NCBI RefSeq assembly: GCF_041956535.1
Contig: NW_027192201.1
Location: 734,206 to 798,205 of the forward strand
DNA length: 64,000 bases
Reading direction: 5' to 3'
Source of the DNA: Calcarisporiella thermophila CBS 279.70
Lineage: Eukaryota > Fungi > Calcarisporiellomycota
Below the pieces are notes generated by a model. It did not search any database and was not told the origin of the DNA. It worked only from the letters and a program-made list of their open reading frames with translations. A program made the translations under genes and the position numbers. The first letter of the stretch is position 1. Every line of letters starts with the position of its first letter. Positions 1 to 13,719 of the stretch are shown here, one piece after another.

Positions 1-1717
1 GTTCAAATCCCAATGGGAGAATACTAGTGCCCATTACTTTAATTGTGTATTCACTTGTGTAATTATTTGTTATTTGTGAGCCTTATTCTTTACAATATAG
101 AAGTTCCAGTATATATGCTTTCCTAAGAACGGTTCGAGCTCACGCGCTATCCTCTTTTTATTCAATCTTTTTTTTAGCTCAAATGATATTAAGGATTTCC
201 AACTTCTATAAAAGCTTAACAATGATATTTAATTGTGAAAGATATCTAGCCCAGCCATCAATGATTTGATAATCGTATGAGGTCTGTGAAAATACATGGG
301 CTTAATACATGAATTCGAAGCACTCTAAACATTTCTATTGAAGTGAAATACATAATTTTATTCTTTTTATTTAGTTTTATTTAATAACAAACAAGTGAAG
401 CTACTCCTATTCAACCTTTAAATAACTTATATTTTTGGGTGATTTCCAATAGCCTACTTCCTTTAAGTAGGCATATTCTTCTTATTCTCTTCTCTTTGTC
501 TATAGAATCTAAGATGTGATATGTACTAATATGTTTTGAAAATTGGATGACATCCGAGTTTCAGCACATATTTATACAGTTTGACGCGTAAAACACCATT
601 ATAGAATATGATAGGAAGGGCTTAATGCAACGAGTGACTTTTCAGATTTTTGCGTATTAATTCAAGATTAATCCAGATAAACACAAACCTATCGTAGGGA
701 AGGGTATATCGTAAGCCAGTGTTCAAACACCAGAATTTAACATATGAAAACACAAAGCTTCCTATTTAGGATCATTTTCTTGAATTAACTACAGGCATAT
801 TCGTCCAAGCAGATACAATTATTAGCAGCTCCTGGATTACTAGCAAAAAAAAAAAATTCAAACATGATCACTTCTTTTTGAAGATGCATTAGAGCCAGTA
901 CTCCTTGATAAAATAAATTTTCTTGATATCATGATGTCTTACCAATTCTTGTTGCTCTCCGGACCAACCTCTTACCCCTATAATAATTGTGATATTTCTG
1001 ATCGAAGTCGATGGAGGTTCTTAGGGGAGGGAAAAAATGTGTAAAATGATTGAAATAGACTGTAGTTTTGGGCAGAAGGAAGAGTAAAGTGTGCTAGCAT
1101 CAAATACAGAATCTATTTTGGCCATTAGTGTGGTGAAAGTACTAGCAGAGACTTGTTTTGCACCCTTTTCAGATTTTTTGTCAATGATGTGATAAAGGTG
1201 TCATTGGCACAGAGAAACCTACAAAAGTTTTCACTGGTACAATAGTACTCTCCGCTCAGACAATGATCAGTTTATTTAATTTTATTCGATCCAAGAAAGT
1301 AGATCGACGGATGGTTTATTGGGTTATACTGTACTAAACAACAGAGTGTATGGCAATTGTCAATATAAACATGGTGCCTCTTTTCATTCTATGTTGAGCT
1401 CCTATTAAAGGGAATCGCCTCCAAATAACGTTTATACATTTTGTAATTTTTTGGGTAATATGCAGTGTTGCTTGCTCTTTTCATATTCGCACTGTATATT
1501 ACAAGATTGACGTTGAATTTGCATGCTCCAAGTGCGCTCAAGATTTTCGTTTTAATTAGACAATGATTTGACTTTTTGGAAGCCATATTTTACATTAGGT
1601 TTCTGGTTGGCGCGAGTTAAAATGAAAAAAATTTTCCAGCCATATATAAAGAGAAAAAATTTCACAGTCTGTCACATTCTTTTCCATTAATAACAGAGCG
1701 GCAAAAAATCGCTCAAA

Positions 1718-3414
1718 ATGTCAAGGGATTTGAGAAAAAAGGTGGCCAAAGCCGCCTCGCGCCAGCGTTCTGGCCAAAACACACCCATTGTCCTTTCTCC
1801 CAATGGAAGCCGCTACAACTCTGAAGACGAGGACAACTGGTCCGTATACTCGGGCGACAGCCAGGATTCTTTTGTTTCCTCTGTTGCCAGCCGTGCCGAC
1901 GCGAGCGAGTTAGAAGAGATCACAACGTGGGAGGATGATTTGAAACAATGCGTCGATAATCTTAATGAAAAGCGAACTAGGTAATTCAATGTGTGCAAAT
2001 TGAATGCTAATCATGTATTTGATCAAGAAATTACATTTTAGCACAAGAGAGGAGGCATTGGCAAAACTTGCACGTATCTTGTCAAAAAAGTTTGCGGGTG
2101 AATTGCTTTCGTCGCGGCGGGAAACTCTTCTGGACACATTAAAGAGAGGCATAAAGAAATCAGGAAGTCACACAGAAAACGCATTGGCATCCAAAGGTAA
2201 ATATGATAGTCCATCATACTATTATCAATATTTAGATGTATATGCGTTGGGCGGGTGATTGATCACTGAATCTATCTCTTGACTGATGTCCAATTATCAT
2301 TCTCTTCTTATAGTATTATTACTGACATTCATAACAATTGGTGAAGAGGACGAATCAATGTTCCAAGAGGTATATTCTCTACTGAAATATACAATCGTAA
2401 ACAACCCAAGTTCCAGCGTAAAATGCAGCGTAATTAAAAAAATTTTTTTGACCCATTCAGCCTTCATTATGAGTAACTCTGTTGCCTTTAGTGTATCGAT
2501 ACGCTAGCGATGGCATGCTTCATTGCTGCGTCGATAGAAGATACTATTGAATGTCTTGGCTTTTTCTTCGAGATTTTGAAAACATCCAGTAGATCGATCA
2601 ATTCCGATGAATCCGACGCAGCATTAACACATGCAGCTAATGCCTATGGCTTGTTATTCTCAATAATATGGGGCGAGGGTAGAGGCGACGAGAGTACCCT
2701 ACAGGAAGAGCTCAAAAAGTAATCTGATTTTCTGATTCGATGGTGATTAAATGGGCTTGACTAATATGATCTCTTCTAATAATTTTTAGAGTAATGCCTG
2801 TCCAACTCAAACTTTTGGAATCATCCGTAATGGAGACTAGGGTTGCAGCTGGCCTCAACATCGCCCTCATATTCGAATCCGCCAGCTTTCACAACGAAGA
2901 CGATGAAGATGAAGTTGAGATCGCAGGGAATAACACCGAGTACGACCAGATGGACGAGCTTGTAGAGCTATTACAGCAGCTTGCAACCGACTCCAATCGC
3001 CGCCGGAGTAAAAAGGACCGCAGCCATCAACGTAGCGTTTTTCGAGATATTGTGCGGACAGTGGAGGCTGGTGTGCATCCCGAAGAGCGCTTAAAATTCC
3101 GCCGTCAAACATTGCGCCTAGAATCATGGGCGAAGATCTTGCAGCTGAAATCATTCCGTTCCGCCTTATCCGGAGGCTTACAGATCCATTTCGAGAGCAA
3201 CGAGCTAGTGCAGGGGGTGTTTCAGTTCGTTCCGTTACCACCTGCAGGGTCACGCACCTCTTCGTCCACCCCAAGTAACAACCACGAAGATGAAGGCGAA
3301 AACTATCAGGAGAATTCGGTGGACCGACGGTATTTGAATGCAGAAATGGCTAAGGAGCGCACACGGGAGCGCAATAGACAGCGACGCGGGAAGAGTGGAG
3401 CTGCTTATTACTAA
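1718..3414 (+). CDS. IFRD (interferon-related developmental regulator) domain protein, 5 exons
   Basis: Introns at about 1981-2041, 2197-2313, 2430-2491 and 2719-2789 join the ORF pieces. IFRD-like segments: 'REEALAKL', 'RVAAGLNIALIFE', 'LQQLATDSNRRRSKKDRSHQRSVFRDI', 'LSGGLQIHFESNELV', and a basic C-terminus. Confidence 0.85.
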
Positions 3415-3704
3415 CAAAACTGTAGCTCCCCACTGCCCGCCTTTTGTCCTTAGCATCATCACGCCTCCCATTAATTTTCTTATGTTGTTTTTATATACTA
3501 TACTCCCCCCATTCTATTTTTTTTTTTAATTATGATCATATTGGCATCTTGTATTATATAGATGTGCGCAAAAAAGGGTCCAATATTTTATTTTTTTTTC
3601 TTGTGTCTATCCCTTCTCCTTCATTGCTACTTAAATACATTTGGATAGTTTATTTAGACTATCAAAACAACTCGTAAACTATCTCGCCTTTTTAGCCTTT
3701 CATT

Positions 3705-6434
3705 TCAGCCTTCATAAGAGTTGGCTTTATGCTTTGGAATGAACTTGAAATCCGAAGGCGCAGGCCCCAGGAGCATCTCACTTAAAACAGAGAGAACGCT
3801 GTGTTAATAATTTTCATGGGCGTTCTCACAAGTTAGCGCTAGCTTACCTTATCTTGACCCAGTCCGACGCTTTGGAACTCGCCATCAAAGTCTCAAGCTC
3901 GTCTCTGCCGTAATAGGCCGGGGGACGCTCGTTCATTTTCTGCGGTAAAACCTCCAACAGTCCCACAGGCACATAGCGGTGCAGGAATGATTGCCACTCG
4001 CACAAGTAGCGCCGCGTTTGATTTACTCCCAAAGTATCGCTGCCCCAATGCTCGAGCCCGTAATCACAGAACCGGCGCAGCATATCAAATCGCTCCCGCG
4101 AGGAAATGTCCCAGTGTCTACGGGATTTAATTTCATCAAATAACCAAGGTTTTATCTATCCCACCCACACAACTAGAGCTTTAGCACTGACTTAGCATTC
4201 ACGTTGTCCCAAAGCATATACATACCAAAGCACCGCGACCGATCATAATTCCGTCCACTCCAGACGCCATATCATTATAATAGTCCTCATAGGAGAGCAC
4301 GTCCCCGTTGCCAAAGAAAGACATTGTATTACGTAGAGAAGAGCATTGGGCTATGTAGTCCCAATCGGCTAACTTAGTGTAGCGCTGTTGTCGAGAGCGA
4401 CCATGAAGCTAAGGAAAAGTCCCGTAAGTCAATATGAGCATTGCTCGGTCCCTATAGAGTTTGGAAATTTACCGTCCCGAGAGAAATGCCCTATATAAAA
4501 ATGAAATGGCAAAGAATGAATATAAGATTGAACAATTGAGGATACGATTTCTACATACCCAGTCTTCCAGTTTTGGCACTATTTTGTGAGCTGTCGGCAC
4601 ATTGTCCTTCACACCCATCCGGAATTTAGCAGTAACAGGCACGTCTACCACTCTGACCATACCTCTTAATATCTTTCCCATTTTTCCAACAGAGTCGAGA
4701 AGTGCACTTCCTCCACCCTACAGAAGAACTGAGTGTTAAATAAAGACAGAGTAAAGGAGGCAAAATTACCATACCTTATTGAATACAAGGTCTACTGGAC
4801 ATCCCATATTCAGATCTAAAAAGTCCATTTCGATTTCGTTATTCAGCATCTCAGCTGTCTTGACAAGAGCATCAGGCTTATTTCCAGCAAGCTATATGGG
4901 GTAGAAGGTATTTTAGAGATTTGAGTGCCATGAAAAGGTCAACAGAAATATGCACCTGAATTCCGAAAATGTCTTCAGATTTGTGCTTTCTGACCAGTGC
5001 CCATTCTGTTTGCTGGCCCTGGAGGAGGTTTGTGGCCATAGCCATTTCAGAACAGGTGATATCTACACCGAATTCTTTGCATATACGACGGAACGGAAGA
5101 TTGCCAACAGTGGTAAGGGGAGCAAGATAGAGCTTGTCACGAAAATCAATCTAAAAGGGAGCAGACACAAGAAAAAATCTCGGTGAGTAACATGATGTAT
5201 CCTCAAAACTATAAAAAAACCTACCGTTTTCTTCTCACATTGCCTCAAAGGCACATCGGGTACACTGTAATCCCCAGCTTTCAGCTCTTCTTCCTTTTTC
5301 TCTCCAGCATGGGGTGTTTCACTCTCCTCCGCTGATTTCTCTGGGATATCTGCAGCAACATCCTCATCTGTGTTCTTCTGCGTATCTCCTTCACTCTTTT
5401 CGCTTTCTTTTGCTAGTTTATTCTGCAGGTGCTTCTCGCGTTCCTTCTTTGCGGCTTCTGCAATTTCGGCCAGGTAAGCATCGGCCTTTGGGAATGGATA
5501 CTATCGAATATTGGAGATGATGAGCTACCAAGTTGGGAACTAGGGACGGTAAGCCAAAGGATGAAAATACCTGCAGGGTGCGGAGAGATTTCTGAAAATC
5601 TCGAGATATAAAGTTGGTGACATTCTTGGGAGCATTTTTGGCACGCTACAAGATAATTTCGATCGTTGAAAAAACGTGTCAGGATAAACAAACAGTGGAT
5701 ATAAAAGCCTACCTCTTCATCCACAATTAACTTTCCATCCTCAGATAGATGAGCCTTCAGGTACCGACACTTGTAACCATATGGGCATCTTATGATAGTT
5801 TCTCGTTAATAATCTCTGTTTAATTACTAGTATAAAATAAGAATACCCACTTTCCATAGAGATTGTAGTGTACGCACTGGTCACCGATATCCGGTGGCTT
5901 GCATGCTAGATAGGCCTCCAAGTCATGACTTAACTTACAGCTATTAGGATCAATATCTAGTGAGCTACTCTTCAGTTGAGAAAGAAAGCAAGGAAGGCCT
6001 ACTCTGGGAAGGTACATTCTTCACCAATGGTAGTTCTCTGGCATAGCTATATGATCAGAAGAGCCGTGAATTAAACATTCTTCCTTTAGATTTTAATATA
6101 GAAACTTACTCTAATTTTATCTACAACATGCTTTGTGACTCTATCTTTGTTCTGCCCGCGCTTTCTCTCCCGCTTTTGCTTCTTTTTGGGGGGCTCCTCT
6201 ACCGGTTCTCCCGTTTTTTGCTCGTCCTGACGATACTCTTCCGTAGAATTCTCATTAGCGCCTTCGTCGCCGAAAACGGCTTCACATCTATTTTCGAGAT
6301 CTTCCTCCTTCGGCTTGAGGTATCTGGAAAGGAAATAGAATTTGAAAAAATATCTAAAAGGTGCACTTCCGCCGGGGATCAACCTACTCTTTCTTGACGG
6401 GTGCCACGCCTTTTATACGTCCTTGCTCAGTCAT
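3705..6434 (-). CDS. DUS3: tRNA-dihydrouridine(47) synthase with N-terminal CCCH zinc fingers, multi-exon
   Basis: Starts [16 protein letters not shown]. Spliced motifs: [58 protein letters not shown]. Ends [10 protein letters not shown]. Confidence 0.93.
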
Positions 6435-6669
6435 GATCTCGGCTTTCGCTAGGTAAGTGGAAAACGAAGGCATAGCAAATGAAAATAAGAATGACTGTCA
6501 AAAAACTGCGCCACGAAACCCGCATGTGATGAACTTGGATAGTTTTTCATTATCTTAATATCTTAGCACTCATGCGCGCTTTTCTGAGCGATTTTCCCCG
6601 TTAAACCTACACTTTATATTATTCATTTTTTCAGAGTGGAATTAGTTTTATACAGGAATCATTGTTATA

Positions 6670-8350
<1,681 letters not shown>

Positions 8351-8573
8351 GTAGGTCCAGTTAGCTTGAAGATTTAAAAAAAAAAAATGCCGCAGAGATC
8401 TCGCCCCCATATATTTTGTGTTGTTTTGTTTTGTTGCTCGACTACTTGATTTATAAATATATATAATTTTTTTTTCAATCGCATTTATATCAAGATAATT
8501 TAAGCGAAGTTTGTGAACGAAATAAATTTTTTTTAGAAAAAAAAGAAATCTATTCTCCCTCCATATGACACAA

Positions 8574-9008
8574 TTATTTCACCAGATCTTGCAGTTTCTG
8601 CTCGATGTCCTTGGCAGACAAATTCTCCAGCACGACCTTTTTCTCGCGCCCGAATTCTTTCGATAAACAGAAAGGGGGTTAATCAGAAGATCCACTTGCC
8701 AAAGTAACCATCAAGCGTTACCAAAACGTGCGAATGCCCGTGCCTGGGAACCCGATGCCTCGCGGATCAATATGGGAAGATGCGGATTGGCTTTCTTGAT
8801 TGTCGTATAATTTGTCGCGATGAATTCGCTAACGGATGAAGTAAAAATAATAAATAAGATCAATAAAGATTGAAAGTTGAGGTGTGAGGGTTTGGGAAGT
8901 TAACATGGAGGCGAACACTCACCGAAGGCCGTTACTGGTGGGTGAAGTTTGGCAGAAGTGGAATCTTAATTCCTTGAGAGCTTTTGGAAGGGCAGCCTTT
9001 AACGACAT
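8574..9008 (-). CDS. NDUFA2: NADH:ubiquinone oxidoreductase B8 subunit (NDUFA2, L51/S25/CI-B8 family), 3 exons
   Basis: Spliced: MSLKAALPKALKELRFHFCQTSPTSNGLR|EFIATNYTTIKKANPHLPILIREASGSQARAFARF|EFGREKKVVLENLSAKDIEQKLQDLVK*. Not in the ORF track because the exons are short. Confidence 0.93.
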
Positions 9009-9551
9009 GATTGAGATGAGAGAGAGATATTATCAAGCCGAGTATCAGACAGGGAAGCTGAATATTCGGCATTGTTTTCTGCGGCTTAGCTCAAGTGCTA
9101 TCCAGAGGAGGGTTTCCAAAGAAAGAAAGATTTCAGACATTGGCACTTTACTGAAATGATAGAGGATGTGTGTATGAGGGGGAAAAAAATTAAAAAAAAA
9201 TCAAAAACTTTCTACAAAAGAAAAAAATATAGCCATAAATTATAAAAAGTTGAAGTGGGAGAATTTGGCTAAATCTACAAAAGCTGAGGTTAAAAAGGAA
9301 CAGCACAAAATAAATGGCATGCATTTTGCTCACCCCAAAACCGAATAACCCAGTCAACCCTAGCACAATGCACGTATTGGAAGAGAGGGAGAGAGAATGG
9401 AGAAAGGAGACCGCTAGAGGAGGAGCAGGAAAGATATACAAATAAAAAGAAAGGCATCGTTCAACGATAAACCAGAGGGAGAGAACAAAAAAAAGTCAGA
9501 AACAAGCATTAGAATAAACATATAGAAAAATAATTTGCACGAATATATGGA

Positions 9552-10518
9552 CTAGCTCCCGCAATTTCGGCTGAGATCTCCACCTGTTTCACTCCTCACA
9601 CCCGCATTTTCGCCCATTCCTATTGTGTTGAAGACAGGTGGGGCAGTCGCTACTGCAGCAATGGGGCAGTTTCGATGGGCCATTAGCACGGTCTGTAGCC
9701 GCATCACCTCCTCCTGAAGCATGGCGGTTTGTTTACGGAGTTGGTCGTTTTGGGAAGAAAGCATGTCGTAGTTGGATTGCAGTGATGCGAGCCATTGCTT
9801 CTTCCGCTGTCTGCATTTGAGAGCGGCCTGTCGGTTTCGCTCGAGGAAATCCTTCCGCTTCTCTTCGTCCTCGATATCTTTGGAGCTGCGGATTTTTTTT
9901 CGCCGGCCACTGCCGGCGTTCACCTTGAGGTGACTGTCCCTTACGGGGGTTGATTCTTTGCTAATGCGTTTATTGGAGGTGGAGGCGGGCTTGAGGTCTG
10001 GAGAGGACTGGGTGGTTGTGGTTGACGACGAGATGCTCCGTGCTCGCCCCACATTGACGGACTCCGTCACCACCTCCATCCCTATGGCTTTGTTTGCAGT
10101 ATGGCCTGCAATGGGGTCATTGGAGCCGTTGCCTATGGTAGTGTTTCCTGTCATGGCTCCTTCCATCACAAATCCTAATCCATTCCATCCATTCCCTGTG
10201 CTGCCAGGTGTCAGACCAGTTCCACTGCCGATATTCCCTGGAGCCCCATCGAAACGCAGGTCATCTGAGGCACCGAAAAAGCTCTGCTCAAAAGGATTGG
10301 GCTCAAGCTCAAGCTTGGAACAGGCGGCCAGAAAGCGTGTTGGTGTCTGTTCGGTGGTGGGAAGGGGAAGAGTGTCTGAAAATTTCAGGGATTCTGATGT
10401 TTGATTGCAATGAAGATTAGGAGCTATTTTTACGCAATGGAGATTCAAGGCTGTTTCAGAACAGGTCATTACCAATCGGTTTAGAGATGTCATGAGAAGA
10501 GCTATCTGCGAGTGTCAT
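9552..10518 (-). CDS. ATF/CREB-type bZIP transcription factor (Atf1/Sko1-like)
   Basis: KLELEPNPFEQSF (Aft1-type N-terminal motif) and basic region EKRKDFLERNRQAALKCRQRKKQWL, then a leucine zipper and AHRNCP. Probable exon 1 from ATG 10518 with intron 10394-10472. Confidence 0.88.
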
Positions 10519-11684
10519 ACTTGAAGGCCGCGCCGGAATATGGAAGTAAGGGGCCAAAGGAGGGGACCAAGATTTAGAAAATCTTTTTGAAATTTTGAAA
10601 TAAATGGGAAAAAAGTTCAACAAAAAAATAGTGCTTTTTCATTAATTGTGTTCTCCATGATGTCATATCCCACTGCACAAAGAAAGTAAAGGGGGTCAGC
10701 CCGGAGTCCAAAAACCTTTGACACTCCAAGCCACCGCATTAAACTATTTCGGTGACGATTTGGAATCCTCCCGCAATTTAGGCTTTTTTGTGGGTGATAG
10801 GAGCATGTTTTTCAATTTAAGTTCCCATTTCGGCCCTTTTTCCATCCCCTCGCCCTAACGTGGTGTCTGCAGGCCCAGAGGCTCCCCATTCGCAAGGGCC
10901 TCTCTTGACACTCCTCTCCGATTGCCTGCTTTCCCCCTCCCCCCAGCAATACTGCAGCCTAAGGCAACAGCACTATGCCTAAAAGATTCAAGATCAAGGC
11001 ACTGCCATCCGAAGTGTTAGGGGAGGAGGAAATGCTCCTATGTTCGAGGTGGATATGCATGGGGGGAGGGGAGGGGCAGCGATATTCAAGCGCGCTATAT
11101 CCACAATTTTTCTGACAAGTTGGAGGACCGTAGTAGTTGGGATAGAGCCCGCCGGTGGATGGTCAATTAGAAACAAACGCAGCACCAATGAAACTCCGGA
11201 AAGTCGTGGTGGCTCTGCCGGTCAGAAAGTCCTTTTCAGACCCACCCTGATCTTCGGACCTTGAAACTGGCCTCTCTCTCCCAGGAAAGGGCTCCTGATC
11301 CGATCGCAGCTTGCTCGTTACCGCTTCTGAGCCAATTTAAAGTACATTGCATGACCGTTATTCAGGCAACAAGCCAAAGCTTGCTCTCAACAAGCTAGCT
11401 CTGTCCTTTTGCTCTTGCTCTCGCGTTCTTCCCAGCATCCCTTTCTCCTCACCATCGCCCTCTTCTTCTCGCCATTACTTTCATTATTTTCTACTGGATG
11501 CTGCTTCGATAGCTGTTGTTTGTTCAGTATTCTTGTTTATTAGTTTATTTCTCTTCTCCCTCGCTGGAAAGAGGGTTAATATAAATAGACGCAGAAATAA
11601 CGGCCTAAAACTCATTTGCACTCATTAAAATCATCTTATTCCATCTATCATACGCGTTATCTTGCCAATTCCCTGGTTTATGAC

Positions 11685-12824
11685 ATGAGGCTTACTGTTC
11701 TACGGCTGGCGTTTTTCCTGGGCAGCTTGGCCTCGACTCGAGTGGAATCATCCGCCAATACCCGGGCACTGCAACATCTTTCCGTTCGTAGAGCGAGCCT
11801 GGATCCATATGTGGTGCCAGGGAAGAGCATCGATTTACGTTTGGCCCCGCAATGGGGCAGGCAGCCTCCTAACAATGAGTGGGTGAAGTGGGAGGACCAC
11901 GGGGAAAGAGAGAATGACGCGGATGGACTCGAGGAAGAGGATTCAAAAAATGAAGAGGAAGATGGAGAAGAAAATAGAGAAGAAGAAGGCGACGATGACG
12001 ACGACGACGAAGAAGAAGAAGAAGAAGAAGAGGAGGAGGAGGAGGAGGAGGAGGAGGAGGAAGACGAAGACGATATAAAGGAGAAACCCGGAAAATCCAG
12101 GAGATTAAGAAAAGAGAAAAGAGCTATGCGGAGAAGGGGCCCTAGACGTGTCCAAAAGAAACAGAAAAGCGGGAGGAGAAAACTGATTCAAAGGCAATCC
12201 GTCTTGTAAGTTGGAAGACTCGAGGGCCGTTCCCATGTTTCATGCTAACCCACATGTCTTGGCTCGTATTCGATTAGCACCTACTACTGGATCACCCGTC
12301 AAAGACACTTCGAAAGCCCTAAGAACAGAGCCGAAAAGCTCGTTTCAATTGGCACCTGTGATCGCAGACAGCTCGGAAAGGTTCCGCTTGGATTTGCAAA
12401 GCAACTCGCGATGGAAGGCACGGCCCGGATGATGAACGGCGATCTCTTAAACTTGGGCAAGTGTGCATGCAAGGATTCATACATGTGCTTCGCCAAACTC
12501 GACAATGACGCCTTCCCTTTTGGCCAGACCGCCCTCGGCTCCCCGCTCATCCCGTTCGTCTCGGTGGCGGCGAACGATCTGGCCCCTCCGGGCAAGACTC
12601 TCAAGATTTTTGTTCCGCAGCTGGTAGGGTGGAAGGTTCCCGGGTCCAAACTTACACACAATGGATGCTTGCTTGTGGATGATCGGGGCTACTCCTTTAC
12701 TGACCGACACATCGACTTCTTCGTGGAGGATAAGAACAGCTATGAGCAGCTGAACCGTGCTCACCGGTTGACCCATGTCGACATATACCAAGGGCAGAGC
12801 TGCAAGCTTCAACGCTACCTATAA
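11685..12824 (+). CDS. Secreted protein: signal peptide, acidic tract, basic tract and a C-terminal 3D (MltA-like) domain
   Basis: MRLTVLRLAFFLGSLAS signal peptide. Intron 12206-12277 gives FTYYWI...MEGTARM...PFVSVAAND...IFVPQLVG...HNGCLLVDDRGYSFTDRHIDFFV. Confidence 0.75.
11990..12072 (+). repeat. Coding GAC/GAA/GAG trinucleotide microsatellite (poly-Asp/Glu)
   Basis: Runs of gac, gaa and gag encoding DDDDDDDEEEEEEEE... Confidence 0.9.
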
Positions 12825-13719
12825 ATTAGGGTTTCTGCCAAAGAGGTCTGAAACGATCCCCATCCCTTTCGTTACTTTGCTTTTAAAGTTTATTATTCAC
12901 CTTAATCTTTTAATGAACTCCTAAAGTTTGCATTTTATCTCTCATCTCCAATTCCCCTGCATTGAATGTTTTACTAAATCTCCATCCGCCTAATAATCCT
13001 AATCTAATTTCTTCATTCGCTACCCCCCACACCTACTGCTGCACTTAGATCTGCTTTTAATGCCACCTCTAAATATTTTCTTTTATATATAGTTCCTATT
13101 ATAAATCTCTTTAAAATAATGCTCCTCTCCCCCTACCATAGCTTTTTTCCTTACTGGTCTTATTGAGAAGATGTTTCCTAAGCAATTTAATTCATCCCTT
13201 TACACCCATTGCTATACTCTCACTCTTTTCTTGTCATATCATTTCCTTCAAATAAGTTTGCCAATTTGGAAAAAAAGGTAAATAATTTAAATATATATTG
13301 TTAATAATAGACCTATTCTTGTCCTTATCAAGCGTAAGATTTCAGCGAGGAAGATGAGTGAAATAATCAAATAGAATAAGAAAAGAAAAAAGGAGCGATC
13401 GTTCTAGGCTACAGGAAAAGGGAGGGAGAGAAGGAATTAAAGCGTTCGATGGAGAACAAGGGAAAACAAGGGAATAAAAATTAAACGTGCGTCCTACTCT
13501 CCTCCTAATAACAATAACAATAATAATAAAATATTATTAAAATAAAAATGAGGGGAATGAGTCACCATAAATAGAGAAAAAGAAAAAGAATCCAAACCGA
13601 ACTCGTGAGGGAGAGAGAAAAGAGGTTATTTTTGGAGATTTTTTTCCAGAGGCGAGTTGAATGTACAAATAAATAAGAAAGGGGCATCCAAATAAATAGC
13701 TGTCTAGGAGTTGGGACGA

